Of a stretch of 64,000 nucleotides of DNA, positions 18,003 through 27,044 are shown one piece after another. This stretch comes from a virus. Taxonomy: Duplodnaviria > Caudoviricetes. A program made the position numbers and the translations under genes. The notes under the pieces are model-generated. The model worked only from the letters and a program-made list of their open reading frames with translations. It did not search any database and had not been told where the DNA came from. Positions within the stretch are counted from its first letter, which is position 1; every line of letters begins with the position of its first letter. The DNA is taken from IMG/VR virus record IMGVR_UViG_3300031953_000001; one strand, 5' to 3'.

Positions 18003-19277
18003 TTAGAAGACGCTGGAGACAAGTTCATCCGCACGTGACTCCATGGCTCCCCCTTGACTGTAGTAGCTCATGGTGAAGGTCCTAAGGACGATGTAGATCA
18101 TACATCCCGTTCTAACAGACGCCAGCAACGATTTGTTGTTTGACCTGACCGCCCGCTTGGTGATGGCCAACGACAAATCACGCATCTTCATCAAGGCCGG
18201 ATCACTGGAACGTGACGACATGTACAAACTGCGCAACCGAGAGATCAACACCGACAGATTGATGCTGTTACGAAACACCTGACGATTCTCGCTCATGAAC
18301 TCAAATGCATGAATCAAGGTCTCATCGATCAACTCGCCAATCTTTGGATCACCTCGGCGACCGTAGTTGTCGGCCATGTACTCCAAGGCCGTTATTAGGT
18401 GTCGATCGGGCAGGGTGTGCATGACGTCAGAGACGATCTTCACCAGCTCCGGACGAATGAAGGTCTGACGGTCACTCAGGGCGCTGTGGATGTACCGTTT
18501 GAACTGGCTGCTTTTGCGCGACAGATCACGGACGTGCATCTGACCGTCCAAGTCAATCAACGATGAGCGAGTCTGTACCCGAGAAGAGCTCTTCTTCACC
18601 TCGTAAAAGACGTGTACCATCTTTTTCACGATTTCCCGAATCCGACCTTGGACGTCGGTGAGCACGTAGAGGATGTCCTTGTCGTTGTCGTAGCGTGCAA
18701 TGGTGTTGGCGTGTATTGAGTTACGGGATAAGATGTCTTCGCAACGCGCGGTGATCAAGGCTGTCCAGCTGCCTTTTTGTTTCAGTGCAAACTTGTAACT
18801 CAAAGCTGCGTAAGTGGCCTCGACTATCGAGCGATCGGGCTCGTATGGGAAGTTGTGTGCCATCAATGAACTCAAGTACCGGTAATGCAGAATCCTTAGA
18901 GTGTCCATCATCCCCTGCTCCCGTTGTCGGGCAGACAGGGAGCTGCTGGTCATCAACGCGTGCAACATCCACACAATCGAGTGGGAGAACACATCGCTCT
19001 GCACGTTTCGTTCAGGGTGGATGCTTGGCAGCGAGTGCAACTCGGTCTTCAGAGCCACGTCGTCAACTTGCATGATCTCATCGAACCACAGGTTCCGCTC
19101 GGAGTTGTGGAATCGTAACGCTGGGGTTCCTAAAAGGTTGCCGCCTAAGAAGGCGATGTGGTTTTCGTTTTTGTTCACGAAGTGGCGTTCAAACTGACTG
19201 ATGGTCTTCACAAGCTTGAGATCGATCTTCAGGTGTTTCATCTCTTGCTCGAAAACCTCACGGATGGTACTTGCCAT
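18003..19277 (-). CDS. Conserved phiKZ-like core protein (gp32-like, putative virion protein)
   Basis: 424 aa; FVNKNENHIAFLGGNLLG and YAALSYKFALKQKGSW match a recalled conserved jumbo-phage family. Confidence 0.7.
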   Translation of the reverse strand: MASTIREVFEQEMKHLKIDLKLVKTISQFERHFVNKNENHIAFLGGNLLGTPALRFHNSERNLWFDEIMQVDDVALKTELHSLPSIHPERNVQSDVFSHSIVWMLHALMTSSSLSARQREQGMMDTLRILHYRYLSSLMAHNFPYEPDRSIVEATYAALSYKFALKQKGSWTALITARCEDILSRNSIHANTIARYDNDKDILYVLTDVQGRIREIVKKMVHVFYEVKKSSSRVQTRSSLIDLDGQMHVRDLSRKSSQFKRYIHSALSDRQTFIRPELVKIVSDVMHTLPDRHLITALEYMADNYGRRGDPKIGELIDETLIHAFEFMSENRQVFRNSINLSVLISRLRSLYMSSRSSDPALMKMRDLSLAITKRAVRSNNKSLLASVRTGCMIYIVLRTFTMSYYSQGGAMESRADELVSSVF

Positions 19278-19545
19278 ACGGGGCCTCGTCTCTGGGTTTG
19301 TTGTCTATATGATCGGGCGTCAACGGCCCCGCGGGGGGACCGGCCAGCTGATCCCCTTGTGAGGGTATCAAAGGTATCACGGGGGGGTGTAGATCTTTGG
19401 TCTGTTCTGTATGGGTTGTTTCTTCTGTGATCGATGCATCCGTTCTGTTACCCTCATCCATACAAAAACCCAACTCATCTATTATTCTTTACAGGACGGA
19501 TTTATTATTTGCTAGAAAGAGGAGCGTAAGCGACCAGCCTTTCGA

Positions 19546-19918
19546 GCCCTACGTTTACGTAGGGCGTAGGTGGCAACGTAGTAAGGAGGGGTAGCGATAG
19601 TGTGCGTCTACGCAATATGGGGTTATTGCTAAAGCGTGCACCACGACCCCAAGTTCCTCCTATGGTATAGCGCGTTAAGCGCGCTCGTGCTTAAGGTTAT
19701 CGTTGGGGTAACGGGTTTGCGATGACCTTAAGTGTGCTGGTGTCCAGAGAACCCTTTGTTGAATAAACACAAGTTTGTACGGGTTACTTGTGTTTGGGTA
19801 AATTACGGCGGTTACAGGTTGTGTTTGCCTTGCGTTGGTTCGCGATGGCCGTTACCTACGGGGTTCTCTGGACGGGGCTTAGTAAGTCGCATGAGGAGGC
19901 TCAGGCCTCCTCTTATGC
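19546..19918 (+). ncRNA. Candidate structured non-coding RNA (unknown class)
   Basis: At least six stems, including a 13-bp long-range helix 19742-19754/19861-19873; G-U pairs are valid only on the + strand; no credible ORF. Confidence 0.5.
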
Positions 19919-19935
19919 CGATTCCAACAAAAGAC

Positions 19936-19957
19936 AGACCTATATAACAAAGGTGAG
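19936..19957 (+). promoter_or_regulatory. Putative phage promoter, class ARACC-TAYATMAYNA-AGGTGA
   Basis: AGACCTATATAACAAAGGTGAG; the same motif occurs at 32970 and 56827; core resembles the phiKZ early TATATTAC consensus. Confidence 0.6.
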
Positions 19958-19990
19958 TTACCCATACGAACCTTTAGAAGGAAGTCCATT

Positions 19991-20170
19991 ATGTCGTTTA
20001 TAAAGAGCGTTGCTATAAGTGTTGCTGTGAGTGTTTCTGTCAATGGCGCGTTCGCCGTTGGCCGTAAGCTGAAGACTAAGTACGATCAGCGCAACAAGAA
20101 GACCACCGCAACACACACCCCCAAACCAGACACCACTACCGATGAGTACGCCAAAGAACGTACACGTTAA
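19991..20170 (+). CDS. Small hypothetical protein (59 aa, hydrophobic N-terminus), not in the ORF track
   Basis: MSFIKSVAISVAVSVSVNGAFAVGRKLKTKYDQRNKK...RTR*; SD AAGGA; lies just downstream of the promoter motif. Confidence 0.6.
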   Translation: MSFIKSVAISVAVSVSVNGAFAVGRKLKTKYDQRNKKTTATHTPKPDTTTDEYAKERTR

Positions 20171-20180
20171 GGACAAGACC

Positions 20181-20483
20181 ATGCACGAACTGACGTTGAC
20201 TAACCTACCGGCCTACGTTGAACGCGAAGCTCAGCTGGTGACTGTGATGTTTTCCTTGGCGTCGGTGGCGACTCAGTTTGCGTCGGCGGTGGCCCCTAAG
20301 CGCATCGACGTCTGGATCGCCGACACGATACTGGATGTCAATGCGTACGCCAACAGCGTCTTACCCATAGGCCCTGTAGAAGCCACAGATTACTATCTGG
20401 TACTGGCCACCACCGAAGAGACTTACAGTTACGTCCTCCTTCCCCGGGGGCAGTTGATCCAAAGCGTTCCAAGTTTAAGCTAA
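20181..20483 (+). CDS. Hypothetical protein
   Basis: ATG at 20181 with an AAGGA SD that overlaps the previous stop. Confidence 0.6.
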   Translation: MHELTLTNLPAYVEREAQLVTVMFSLASVATQFASAVAPKRIDVWIADTILDVNAYANSVLPIGPVEATDYYLVLATTEETYSYVLLPRGQLIQSVPSLS

Positions 20484-20531
20484 ACCCGACGATCTTTACT
20501 CCACGAACCCCACTACCTTTAGGATTCTATT

Positions 20532-21110
20532 ATGTCTACCGTAACCCTACCTTCGTTTAACAACCTTCTAGGATTCGATTTCACCACTCCCAAGGTCCTC
20601 GTCTTAGACGGTATTCGGTTCCGCACGGGAATATTTGACGATCATGCAAAAGTAAAGCAACGCATCTATAGCCTAATGGCGTTGTTGTCAGACGACGATG
20701 TTAAACTGATGCGCGAGTCGGGCATTGAGTTCTTGATTCATGACAGCTTCACCAAAGCCAAACACCATGGAGACGTTTCCGCTCACTACGCACAGTCAAC
20801 GATCGTCCTTACGATTGACCCCAAATTTATCGCTCTCGAAGCGATGTTTAAGGGCAAACGGCGCGCCGCCGCCATAAGCGCTCAGATTGAGGTATTGGTG
20901 AACCTGGATCTGTACACCAAAGAAGCGATCGACTCCCCAACCAGGAACAAGCTGCTGCTTGAATCCGTCGCAACGGCGTACTTGAAACACGGCCTCATCA
21001 CCAACAAAGAGAAGTTTATCGCCGCCCGCACCATCAGCGTCAATGTGATGGGGTGTATTGAAAGCGGTGTAAAGCTTGCCGGATCAGTTGTGAGTTTCTT
21101 CCGCAAGTAG
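20532..21110 (+). CDS. Hypothetical protein
   Basis: 192-aa ORF, SD TAGGA, followed by a terminator. Confidence 0.7.
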   Translation: MSTVTLPSFNNLLGFDFTTPKVLVLDGIRFRTGIFDDHAKVKQRIYSLMALLSDDDVKLMRESGIEFLIHDSFTKAKHHGDVSAHYAQSTIVLTIDPKFIALEAMFKGKRRAAAISAQIEVLVNLDLYTKEAIDSPTRNKLLLESVATAYLKHGLITNKEKFIAARTISVNVMGCIESGVKLAGSVVSFFRK

Positions 21111-21118
21111 CGGCATAG

Positions 21119-21150
21119 GGGAGGGGCATTCGCCCCTCCTCTTATTTTTT
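21119..21150 (+). terminator. Intrinsic terminator
   Basis: GAGGGGC-attc-GCCCCTC followed by CTCTTATTTTTT. Confidence 0.8.
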
Positions 21151-21202
21151 GTCTTAATCCTATGTCCCCACCGGACATTCCACCATTAGGACATAATTAC
21201 CC

Positions 21203-22414
21203 ATGGCAACTTTACAAGACCTTCAGACCAAACGTGACGAGCTTAACTCAGCGATCGTGGCTTACACTCAGGCGGTACAAGCCGGCGTTCAGATCGACAT
21301 AACCACCACCAAAGCCGCAGCTCAAGCCAAAGGCGATGAATACGCCAAGTTAATCTCTCAGGTTAAGCAAGACGACCCAGCCGTCACCAACGACGATCAG
21401 CTGTTCAGCCGCCCTGCGGCCATGAACGCCTTAGCACGTCAAGATGTGGCAACGATTATGACGACAGGCCGAATGTTCGGCGCTGGCATGAAGTTACTCG
21501 TTGACACCGAAGGCAATGCATCAGGTGCTACTAATGTGATCTTGTCGTTTGCCGCCGGTAGCGACGTCACCATCGATTGGGGTGACGGTACTGGCTATCA
21601 GGCGTACACTGGAGCTGCATCTCACAACTACGCGACTCCAGGTCAGTACACCGTGGAAGTCCACGGCACCGTCAACGGTTTCACCACCGCACTAAGTGAA
21701 AACCGTCAACAGATCAAAGACGTCATGCAATGGGGTTTGTTAGAGTTTGCTTCTACTGCCATGATGTTTCAACAACGCCTTGGGTTTGTGATCAGCGCTT
21801 CCGATGGGCCGACGATCTTACCAGGCGCCAGTTGCGCTCAGATGTTCTACAACGCTAATGATTTCAACAGCAACATCGACCATTGGGACATGGGCAACGT
21901 CGTTAACATGTACTACATGTTTAGTTTCGCCACGAACTTCAACCAACCACTCAACGGTTGGAACGTCAGCAACGTCACTGACATGGCCGGGATGTTCTTT
22001 AACACACTCGGGTTCAATCGACCGATCGGTAACTGGGACGTCAGCAACGTCACTGACATGTCTCGCATGTTCTACAAAGCCAACGCCTTCAACCAAGCTC
22101 TGAACGCCTGGAACGTCGGTAGTGTTACTAACATGTTATTCATGTTCAGAGACGCCACGAACTTCAACCAACCACTCAACGGTTGGAACGTCAGCAACGT
22201 CACTGTCATGAGCGATATGTTCAATCAAGCCGACGCTTTCAATCAACCGTTGTACTTGTGGGATGTAAGTAGTGTTACTAGCATGCCATATATGTTCGCC
22301 AACGCTGACTCCTTCAACCAAAACCTCAGTGGTTGGAATGTGAGTCAAGTGACTTCGTACACCGGGTTTAATGTTAACAGCGCATTGGTCGCTGGTAACG
22401 TACCTAACTTCTAA
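21203..22414 (+). CDS. BspA-like/DUF285 repeat protein with PKD-like domain (paralog 1)
   Basis: About seven 25-aa repeats FNQPLNGWNVSNVTDMxxMF; PKD-like VTIDWGDG...SHNYATPGQYTVEV; helical N-terminus; no signal peptide. Confidence 0.85.
   Translation: MATLQDLQTKRDELNSAIVAYTQAVQAGVQIDITTTKAAAQAKGDEYAKLISQVKQDDPAVTNDDQLFSRPAAMNALARQDVATIMTTGRMFGAGMKLLVDTEGNASGATNVILSFAAGSDVTIDWGDGTGYQAYTGAASHNYATPGQYTVEVHGTVNGFTTALSENRQQIKDVMQWGLLEFASTAMMFQQRLGFVISASDGPTILPGASCAQMFYNANDFNSNIDHWDMGNVVNMYYMFSFATNFNQPLNGWNVSNVTDMAGMFFNTLGFNRPIGNWDVSNVTDMSRMFYKANAFNQALNAWNVGSVTNMLFMFRDATNFNQPLNGWNVSNVTVMSDMFNQADAFNQPLYLWDVSSVTSMPYMFANADSFNQNLSGWNVSQVTSYTGFNVNSALVAGNVPNF
21928..22205 (+). repeat. Perfect 53-bp direct repeat inside the BspA repeat region
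   Basis: CGCCACGAACTTCAACCAACCACTCAACGGTTGGAACGTCAGCAACGTCACTG at 21928-21980 and 22153-22205, a 225-bp offset (three 75-bp units). Confidence 0.9.
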
Positions 22415-22422
22415 CCGACATA

Positions 22423-22451
22423 GAGGAGGGCTTGCGCCCTCCTCGTATTTT
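22423..22451 (+). terminator. Intrinsic terminator
   Basis: GAGGAGGGC-ttgc-GCCCTCCTC followed by GTATTTT. Confidence 0.75.
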
Positions 22452-22470
22452 GCCTTAACATCTAGCTGCT

Positions 22471-23289
22471 TTATTTACCGCGCCCGATCATCGATGAGAT
22501 GAACGAGTGCATTCGTGGTCTATCATTTGTGAAGCTGGCTTTACCCCAGTTCTCTCGGTAGTACTCCATGTACATCTCGTTCGCATCGACGTAGTTATCC
22601 ACCGTCTCACGAATGCGCCCCAGAGGCACGCCACCACTCAACACCCCTTGATCCATGGCGATGTTGGTGTTGTTGTAGATGTAGGCTTTGGTGGCCAATT
22701 CCACCAACCGCCCGTAGACCTGAAAGATCCCTGGGTTGAGGTTCATCATTCCCTGGTCGTTCTCCACCAAACAGGTCAGCCCCAACTGATCCGACAGGTG
22801 GGTGATGTCGTCTCGGATCATCACGGTGTTGTCACCAATTAACTGACAGTTGGCGGTGGACACGACGGGCATGCTGGCTAAAGCCCGATACATGTCTTGC
22901 GCCGCGGCCAGAAGCTGATTCGACTGCCCTTGGTAGTAACTGGGTTGGCCGTGGTGGTTGATGTAGTTCAAGGTGCGGATGGAGACAATGCTACGTCCCC
23001 CGGTTGCCTCATGGGGTACACGCACCACGCGAGTAGCGTAGTCGATCTGCTCGTACGAAAAAGGACGTAGGTCAATACCGATCATGGTACCCCCCACCAG
23101 ATTGCAGTCGATGTTGACACGGCCTTCAATGACTTTGTCACGAATGGAGGCGTCGATGGACACGTTCTGCTCGTTACCGCGCCAGCGTGCGCCGAAGGAG
23201 GTAATGGCTTGTGGTGAGAAGGCCAGTCGCAATACCGAGTCGGGAATGCTGTGACGGACATTGTTCAAAGCGTAGGTAATAGCGTTCAT
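22471..23289 (-). CDS. Conserved phiKZ-like protein (putative virion structural)
   Basis: 272 aa; SD AGGAG on the minus strand; divergent from tubulin as in related phages. Confidence 0.7.
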   Translation of the reverse strand: MNAITYALNNVRHSIPDSVLRLAFSPQAITSFGARWRGNEQNVSIDASIRDKVIEGRVNIDCNLVGGTMIGIDLRPFSYEQIDYATRVVRVPHEATGGRSIVSIRTLNYINHHGQPSYYQGQSNQLLAAAQDMYRALASMPVVSTANCQLIGDNTVMIRDDITHLSDQLGLTCLVENDQGMMNLNPGIFQVYGRLVELATKAYIYNNTNIAMDQGVLSGGVPLGRIRETVDNYVDANEMYMEYYRENWGKASFTNDRPRMHSFISSMIGRGK

Positions 23290-23352
23290 GAGATAGGCTC
23301 CTTAAGTCGGGTCATAAGATGCTCTGTGATTGGAACCCTCAGAATCTTAGGG

Positions 23353-23366
23353 ATATATCATCCAAG
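23353..23366 (+). promoter_or_regulatory. Putative phage promoter, class ATATATYATCCAAG
   Basis: ATATATCATCCAAG upstream of phuZ; recurs at 25211, 36394, 43758 and partly at 48692. Confidence 0.6.
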
Positions 23367-23520
23367 GGTAGTTGTATTCACCCCACCCGGAGACTTATAC
23401 TGAGACCCACACATCCGACACCCCTGTGTCCAACGTACCCTGATGGTTTTTACTAACAGGCAATGACCAATAACATGCAAGTATTGCGCAATACTTCAAT
23501 CGAAACTTTAGGAGTTATAC

Positions 23521-24480
23521 ATGTCTAAGAAATTACGAGTATTTGGCTGTGGCGGTGCGGGTATTAACCTGGTGACTCATTACTTCGGTAAAGACGCCGA
23601 AGCGGGCATGGCCGAGATGGCCCCAGCGCTGATCGACACCAGTCGCTCTAACCTTATGGGCCGTAAGATTGACGAGGACTCCACGTACTTGGTAGAAGGC
23701 TTGGATGGCTCCGGTAAGATCCGCTCCGAGAACTACGACTCTATCAATAAGACCATCAAACAGATCCTGGTTCAAATCCCCCCCTGCGATATGAACGTAG
23801 TGGTGTTCAGTGCCTCAGGCGGCTCCGGGTCAGTCATCGGTCCGCTGATCATTAAGCACCTGAACGAGAAACAGATCCCTGTAATCGCGATGGTCATCGG
23901 CAGCGACGAATCCACCATCGCCGCAGAAAACACCCTCAAAACCATCAAGTCGTTGGAACTGGTGGCTAAGAACTCCAACATGCCGGTCATCATGTCGTTC
24001 CACAAAAACGATTTGGCTGGTCGGCGTTCTGACGTGGATCGTTCCGTGTGGTCAGTGATTTCATGCTTGAGCATTCTGTCGTCTGGCCAAAACGCTGAGA
24101 TGGACTACCGTGATCTGGTGCATTGGGTACAGTACACTAAGATCAACGGCGGCCGCGCTCAACTGGCAACCATGCACGTGGCTACTTCAGCCGAGCACAT
24201 GAAACGCATCACCTCACCTTTGTCGGTTGCCAGCTTGTACGGCAACCCGGATCAGGAACACCTGGCCACCTCGGCGGATTACCAGTCAGTGGGTTACACC
24301 GATCTGTCCAACACCGATTTCGATCAGATCCACTTCGTCATCGGCGTGAACGACTTGTCCCGTATAGGACGGGATTTAAAGTCACAGGTAAGTCAGCTGT
24401 TAGAAGAACGAGGCGCTCGGTTGGACGTTGATTCCATCCTCGACTCAGAAGACAACACCGATCAAGACGTTGTGCTATGA
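23521..24480 (+). CDS. phuZ: PhuZ phage tubulin
   Basis: GCGGAGIN and tubulin signature SASGGSGSVIGP; 319 aa; acidic C-terminal tail. Confidence 0.93.
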   Translation: MSKKLRVFGCGGAGINLVTHYFGKDAEAGMAEMAPALIDTSRSNLMGRKIDEDSTYLVEGLDGSGKIRSENYDSINKTIKQILVQIPPCDMNVVVFSASGGSGSVIGPLIIKHLNEKQIPVIAMVIGSDESTIAAENTLKTIKSLELVAKNSNMPVIMSFHKNDLAGRRSDVDRSVWSVISCLSILSSGQNAEMDYRDLVHWVQYTKINGGRAQLATMHVATSAEHMKRITSPLSVASLYGNPDQEHLATSADYQSVGYTDLSNTDFDQIHFVIGVNDLSRIGRDLKSQVSQLLEERGARLDVDSILDSEDNTDQDVVL

Positions 24481-24489
24481 TGCCACCGC

Positions 24490-25068
24490 TTCTGTGGTTG
24501 GGGTATCGGATGTTCTGGGGGGTTGTTGTCTTGCCCTCCTGGTGTAGAGAAGGACTCTTAGTTCTTATCCTCACTCGCGATCCCTACCCTACCCCGAGCA
24601 CTAAGGACGTCCTCCAAGCACGTCCTTATGCAGATGTGAGGGACAGACTGGAGTCGCCGTATTGTGGGTTCGGTAAGACTTGTCTGACACCCGCCTAAGG
24701 TTACTGGAGTCGCCATGCGACGTTTAGTGCTCTCAATGGGACTGTCGTGGGTTCAACCGTCTGACCTAGGGGTATTGCTCTGGTCGTGTATAGGCGTTGA
24801 ACTTCCACCGGCGCCATCGAGTGATTATGAGCGGGTGCAAGAGAGTTTGATCCGAGTGACCTCTTTAAAAGTTCCGGCTTTTAAAGCATCAACTCACACC
24901 GTTTGGGTCGGTGGATTGATTCTGGCGCACCCACCGTACTGAGATAGACTCAATAGGGCCCCATTTTTGTGGCTCTCGCCGTTGATTCGGTTGGAGGTTG
25001 AACCGTCTGTGGACAATGCGATTCGTTCGTGTTGGTTCCACGTGGCGGTTCAACCTCCTTTATTTTTT
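24490..25068 (+). ncRNA. Candidate long structured non-coding RNA or 3' trailer downstream of phuZ
   Basis: Multiple nested stems, a 12-nt direct repeat and a rod-like 3' hairpin 24993-25058 followed by a U-tract; G-U pairs on the + strand. Confidence 0.5.
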
Positions 25069-25210
25069 GTCTATCTCTTGAGTAAACGGTGCGTATAATA
25101 CCCGTACAACGCTCTGAGACTAACGTGAATAGGCGTTACTCTATCAATTGGTACATAGATGGCTATTCCTATGTAAAGGGCCATAGAAAGCACTCCAGAC
25201 GTTTTCAGGG

Positions 25211-25224
25211 ATATATTATCCAAG
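25211..25224 (+). promoter_or_regulatory. Putative phage promoter
   Basis: ATATATTATCCAAG upstream of the small-gene array. Confidence 0.6.
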
Positions 25225-25260
25225 TGTTATCTTATCCTTGACCAGAAGCGAGAGACCCCT

Positions 25261-25686
25261 GTGATCTTAATCTTTGACGTGCACGAGCATCTCTATCGCT
25301 TGGAGCAACGCTCTCGGCGACCAGAGTCTCTACTGTTGCACATGGTTGGCCACCATTTGTATCGGGAATACCATTTGAACACCGTACACCGAATCCTGTC
25401 GGTCGAACACATCAAGCACTACCCGGAGTTTCACCGCCTGTTCAGAATTGAGCTGAGTCTGGTGGGAACCTCCATTGTCCGCACAGGCTCGTTCGATGGC
25501 CACTTAACCTTAATCAACAATGACCTCTGCGTCACCTTAGAAACGACCAGGATTGGAGCACATGCACCCACACACCAAATCTCAGATCATCACCTTGAGC
25601 GGCTGGGCCGATATCGCCACTGCCTTGATCCACAGTTTTCTATACACCCAACTCGAAGAGTACAGTCCCGACCCCGAGGTGGTTGA
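25261..25686 (+). CDS. Hypothetical protein (small-gene array member 1)
   Basis: GTG start after the promoter motif; the last ~40 codons overlap the next gene. Confidence 0.5.
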   Translation: MILIFDVHEHLYRLEQRSRRPESLLLHMVGHHLYREYHLNTVHRILSVEHIKHYPEFHRLFRIELSLVGTSIVRTGSFDGHLTLINNDLCVTLETTRIGAHAPTHQISDHHLERLGRYRHCLDPQFSIHPTRRVQSRPRGG

Positions 25687-26092
25687 GAAGTTAAGTCTTA
25701 AGTGGACCATCAAAGACAGCACTCACTGGGTTGGCGTGATGTTGGACGATGAGTTCAACCGTCAGATGGCGTGGGCCGATGGCACCGATGTGGCGTTTGA
25801 TTCGATCATGCTCCAGATGAGCGAGAAGTACGGTTCGGCCTTACCTCAGATACTGCACCTGGACAAACCGAACAAAACCCAACGGACCTTGTTCTTAGAA
25901 GATCTGATTGTGACCTTGGACCCCGTTACGGTGGTGATCGGTGAGTTCGTCTCGGACTTGGTCAAGCAAAACCCTTGGTGGGTCTGGTCGATTCACGGTC
26001 GTGGCGATGTGGTCTTATTGGAGTCGGATGAGGATTTCCGCATCAAGATGTTTAATCAAAAAATAGAAACGGGCGAATGGTCCATTAAGTGA
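25562..26092 (+). CDS. Hypothetical protein (array member 2)
   Basis: ATG at 25562 with AGGA upstream. Confidence 0.65.
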   Translation: MHPHTKSQIITLSGWADIATALIHSFLYTQLEEYSPDPEVVEKLSLKWTIKDSTHWVGVMLDDEFNRQMAWADGTDVAFDSIMLQMSEKYGSALPQILHLDKPNKTQRTLFLEDLIVTLDPVTVVIGEFVSDLVKQNPWWVWSIHGRGDVVLLESDEDFRIKMFNQKIETGEWSIK

Positions 26093-26098
26093 GGGCGT

Positions 26099-26467
26099 AT
26101 GGTTTACGAGTATCGCCACCAATTAAAACTCTATGAGGTAGGGTCGTATCTGATCGACTACCTTGATGAGTACGCCATCGTGCCCTTTGCAGGCACCATT
26201 CACAACAGTCTGGAATCGTACGTGCGCTTCTTGCTGATGAACGACTACCATCAAGCGTCTCAACTCAAAGCCACGCTCACTCGCCTACTGCCCCCGGAGT
26301 GTGTAGAACCGCTCGCCGACACCATCCACGACCTGCTGTTGTCTCAGCTCCGCCCTTTCCTCAATCTGGATGAGGGCGAATCGGTGGTGTCGGTGCGGGT
26401 GCAGCGCAACTACGACATTGAGGTCATTGTGGAAGAGCTGGACGGCGCCCATTTGATTCAGGCTTAA
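26099..26467 (+). CDS. Hypothetical protein (array member 3)
   Basis: SD GAGGG; 122 aa. Confidence 0.7.
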   Translation: MVYEYRHQLKLYEVGSYLIDYLDEYAIVPFAGTIHNSLESYVRFLLMNDYHQASQLKATLTRLLPPECVEPLADTIHDLLLSQLRPFLNLDEGESVVSVRVQRNYDIEVIVEELDGAHLIQA

Positions 26468-26521
26468 CCCTAAACGTAAAGGACGGTTTTGGCCGTCCTT
26501 TATTCACAGAAGGCAATCTAT

Positions 26522-27043
26522 ATGACCAGTCATTCGACGTTGATGGATTTGTATTCGGTGCATCAGATCTTCCGCGACCGTATGCTGGAGATCATCCACA
26601 CACACCCCACCACGGTAGCGCCTTTGGTAGTTGTGGACGATTTCTTTGATATCTGCACCCACCGCGCTTCTGATGCGGTACAGTTCTTTGACGACGCCGG
26701 TACCCAACGCCGACACCTAGATCCCAACAAGATTCATCGGGTGATGGTCAGTGGGCATATGCAAGACATCTTCTTTGATGAAATCGGCGACTACGTCTTT
26801 GAGGCCAACTACTTCGACAACGACGCGATCGAGAACAAGTTCGTTCACCACGACATCGCCTCTGTCTGTTGTAACGCCGTGGGGGAGATCCTACGAGTGA
26901 TCATGGGTGTAGTGGTACAGTTCCCTGAGGGCCGCCGGTTCTTTCATCCTGACAACACCAAATTGAATCTGGCCATGACCGATTTGATCATCGAACAGAT
27001 TCCCCATCGACGTGATGTAAAGGTCACCGTTAGGTTTGAGTGA
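26522..27043 (+). CDS. Hypothetical protein (array member 4)
   Basis: ATG at 26522 with GAAGG SD. Confidence 0.7.
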   Translation: MTSHSTLMDLYSVHQIFRDRMLEIIHTHPTTVAPLVVVDDFFDICTHRASDAVQFFDDAGTQRRHLDPNKIHRVMVSGHMQDIFFDEIGDYVFEANYFDNDAIENKFVHHDIASVCCNAVGEILRVIMGVVVQFPEGRRFFHPDNTKLNLAMTDLIIEQIPHRRDVKVTVRFE

Positions 27044-27044
27044 T

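Noticed and set aside
19397-20003. Short ORFs over the 19.4-20.0 kb and 24.5-24.9 kb intergenic regions
   Set aside because: They lack SD sequences, have low-plausibility composition and overlap extensive RNA-like stems.
24647-24714. ACTGGAGTCGCC direct repeat with a 44-nt spacer as a mini-CRISPR array
   Set aside because: Only two 12-nt copies, too short for a CRISPR repeat, and the spacer folds into a hairpin. It is better explained as part of a structured RNA.
25078-25101. Sigma70-like TTGAGT...TATAAT promoter
   Set aside because: The spacer is only about 12 nt, and these phages use their own RNAPs.
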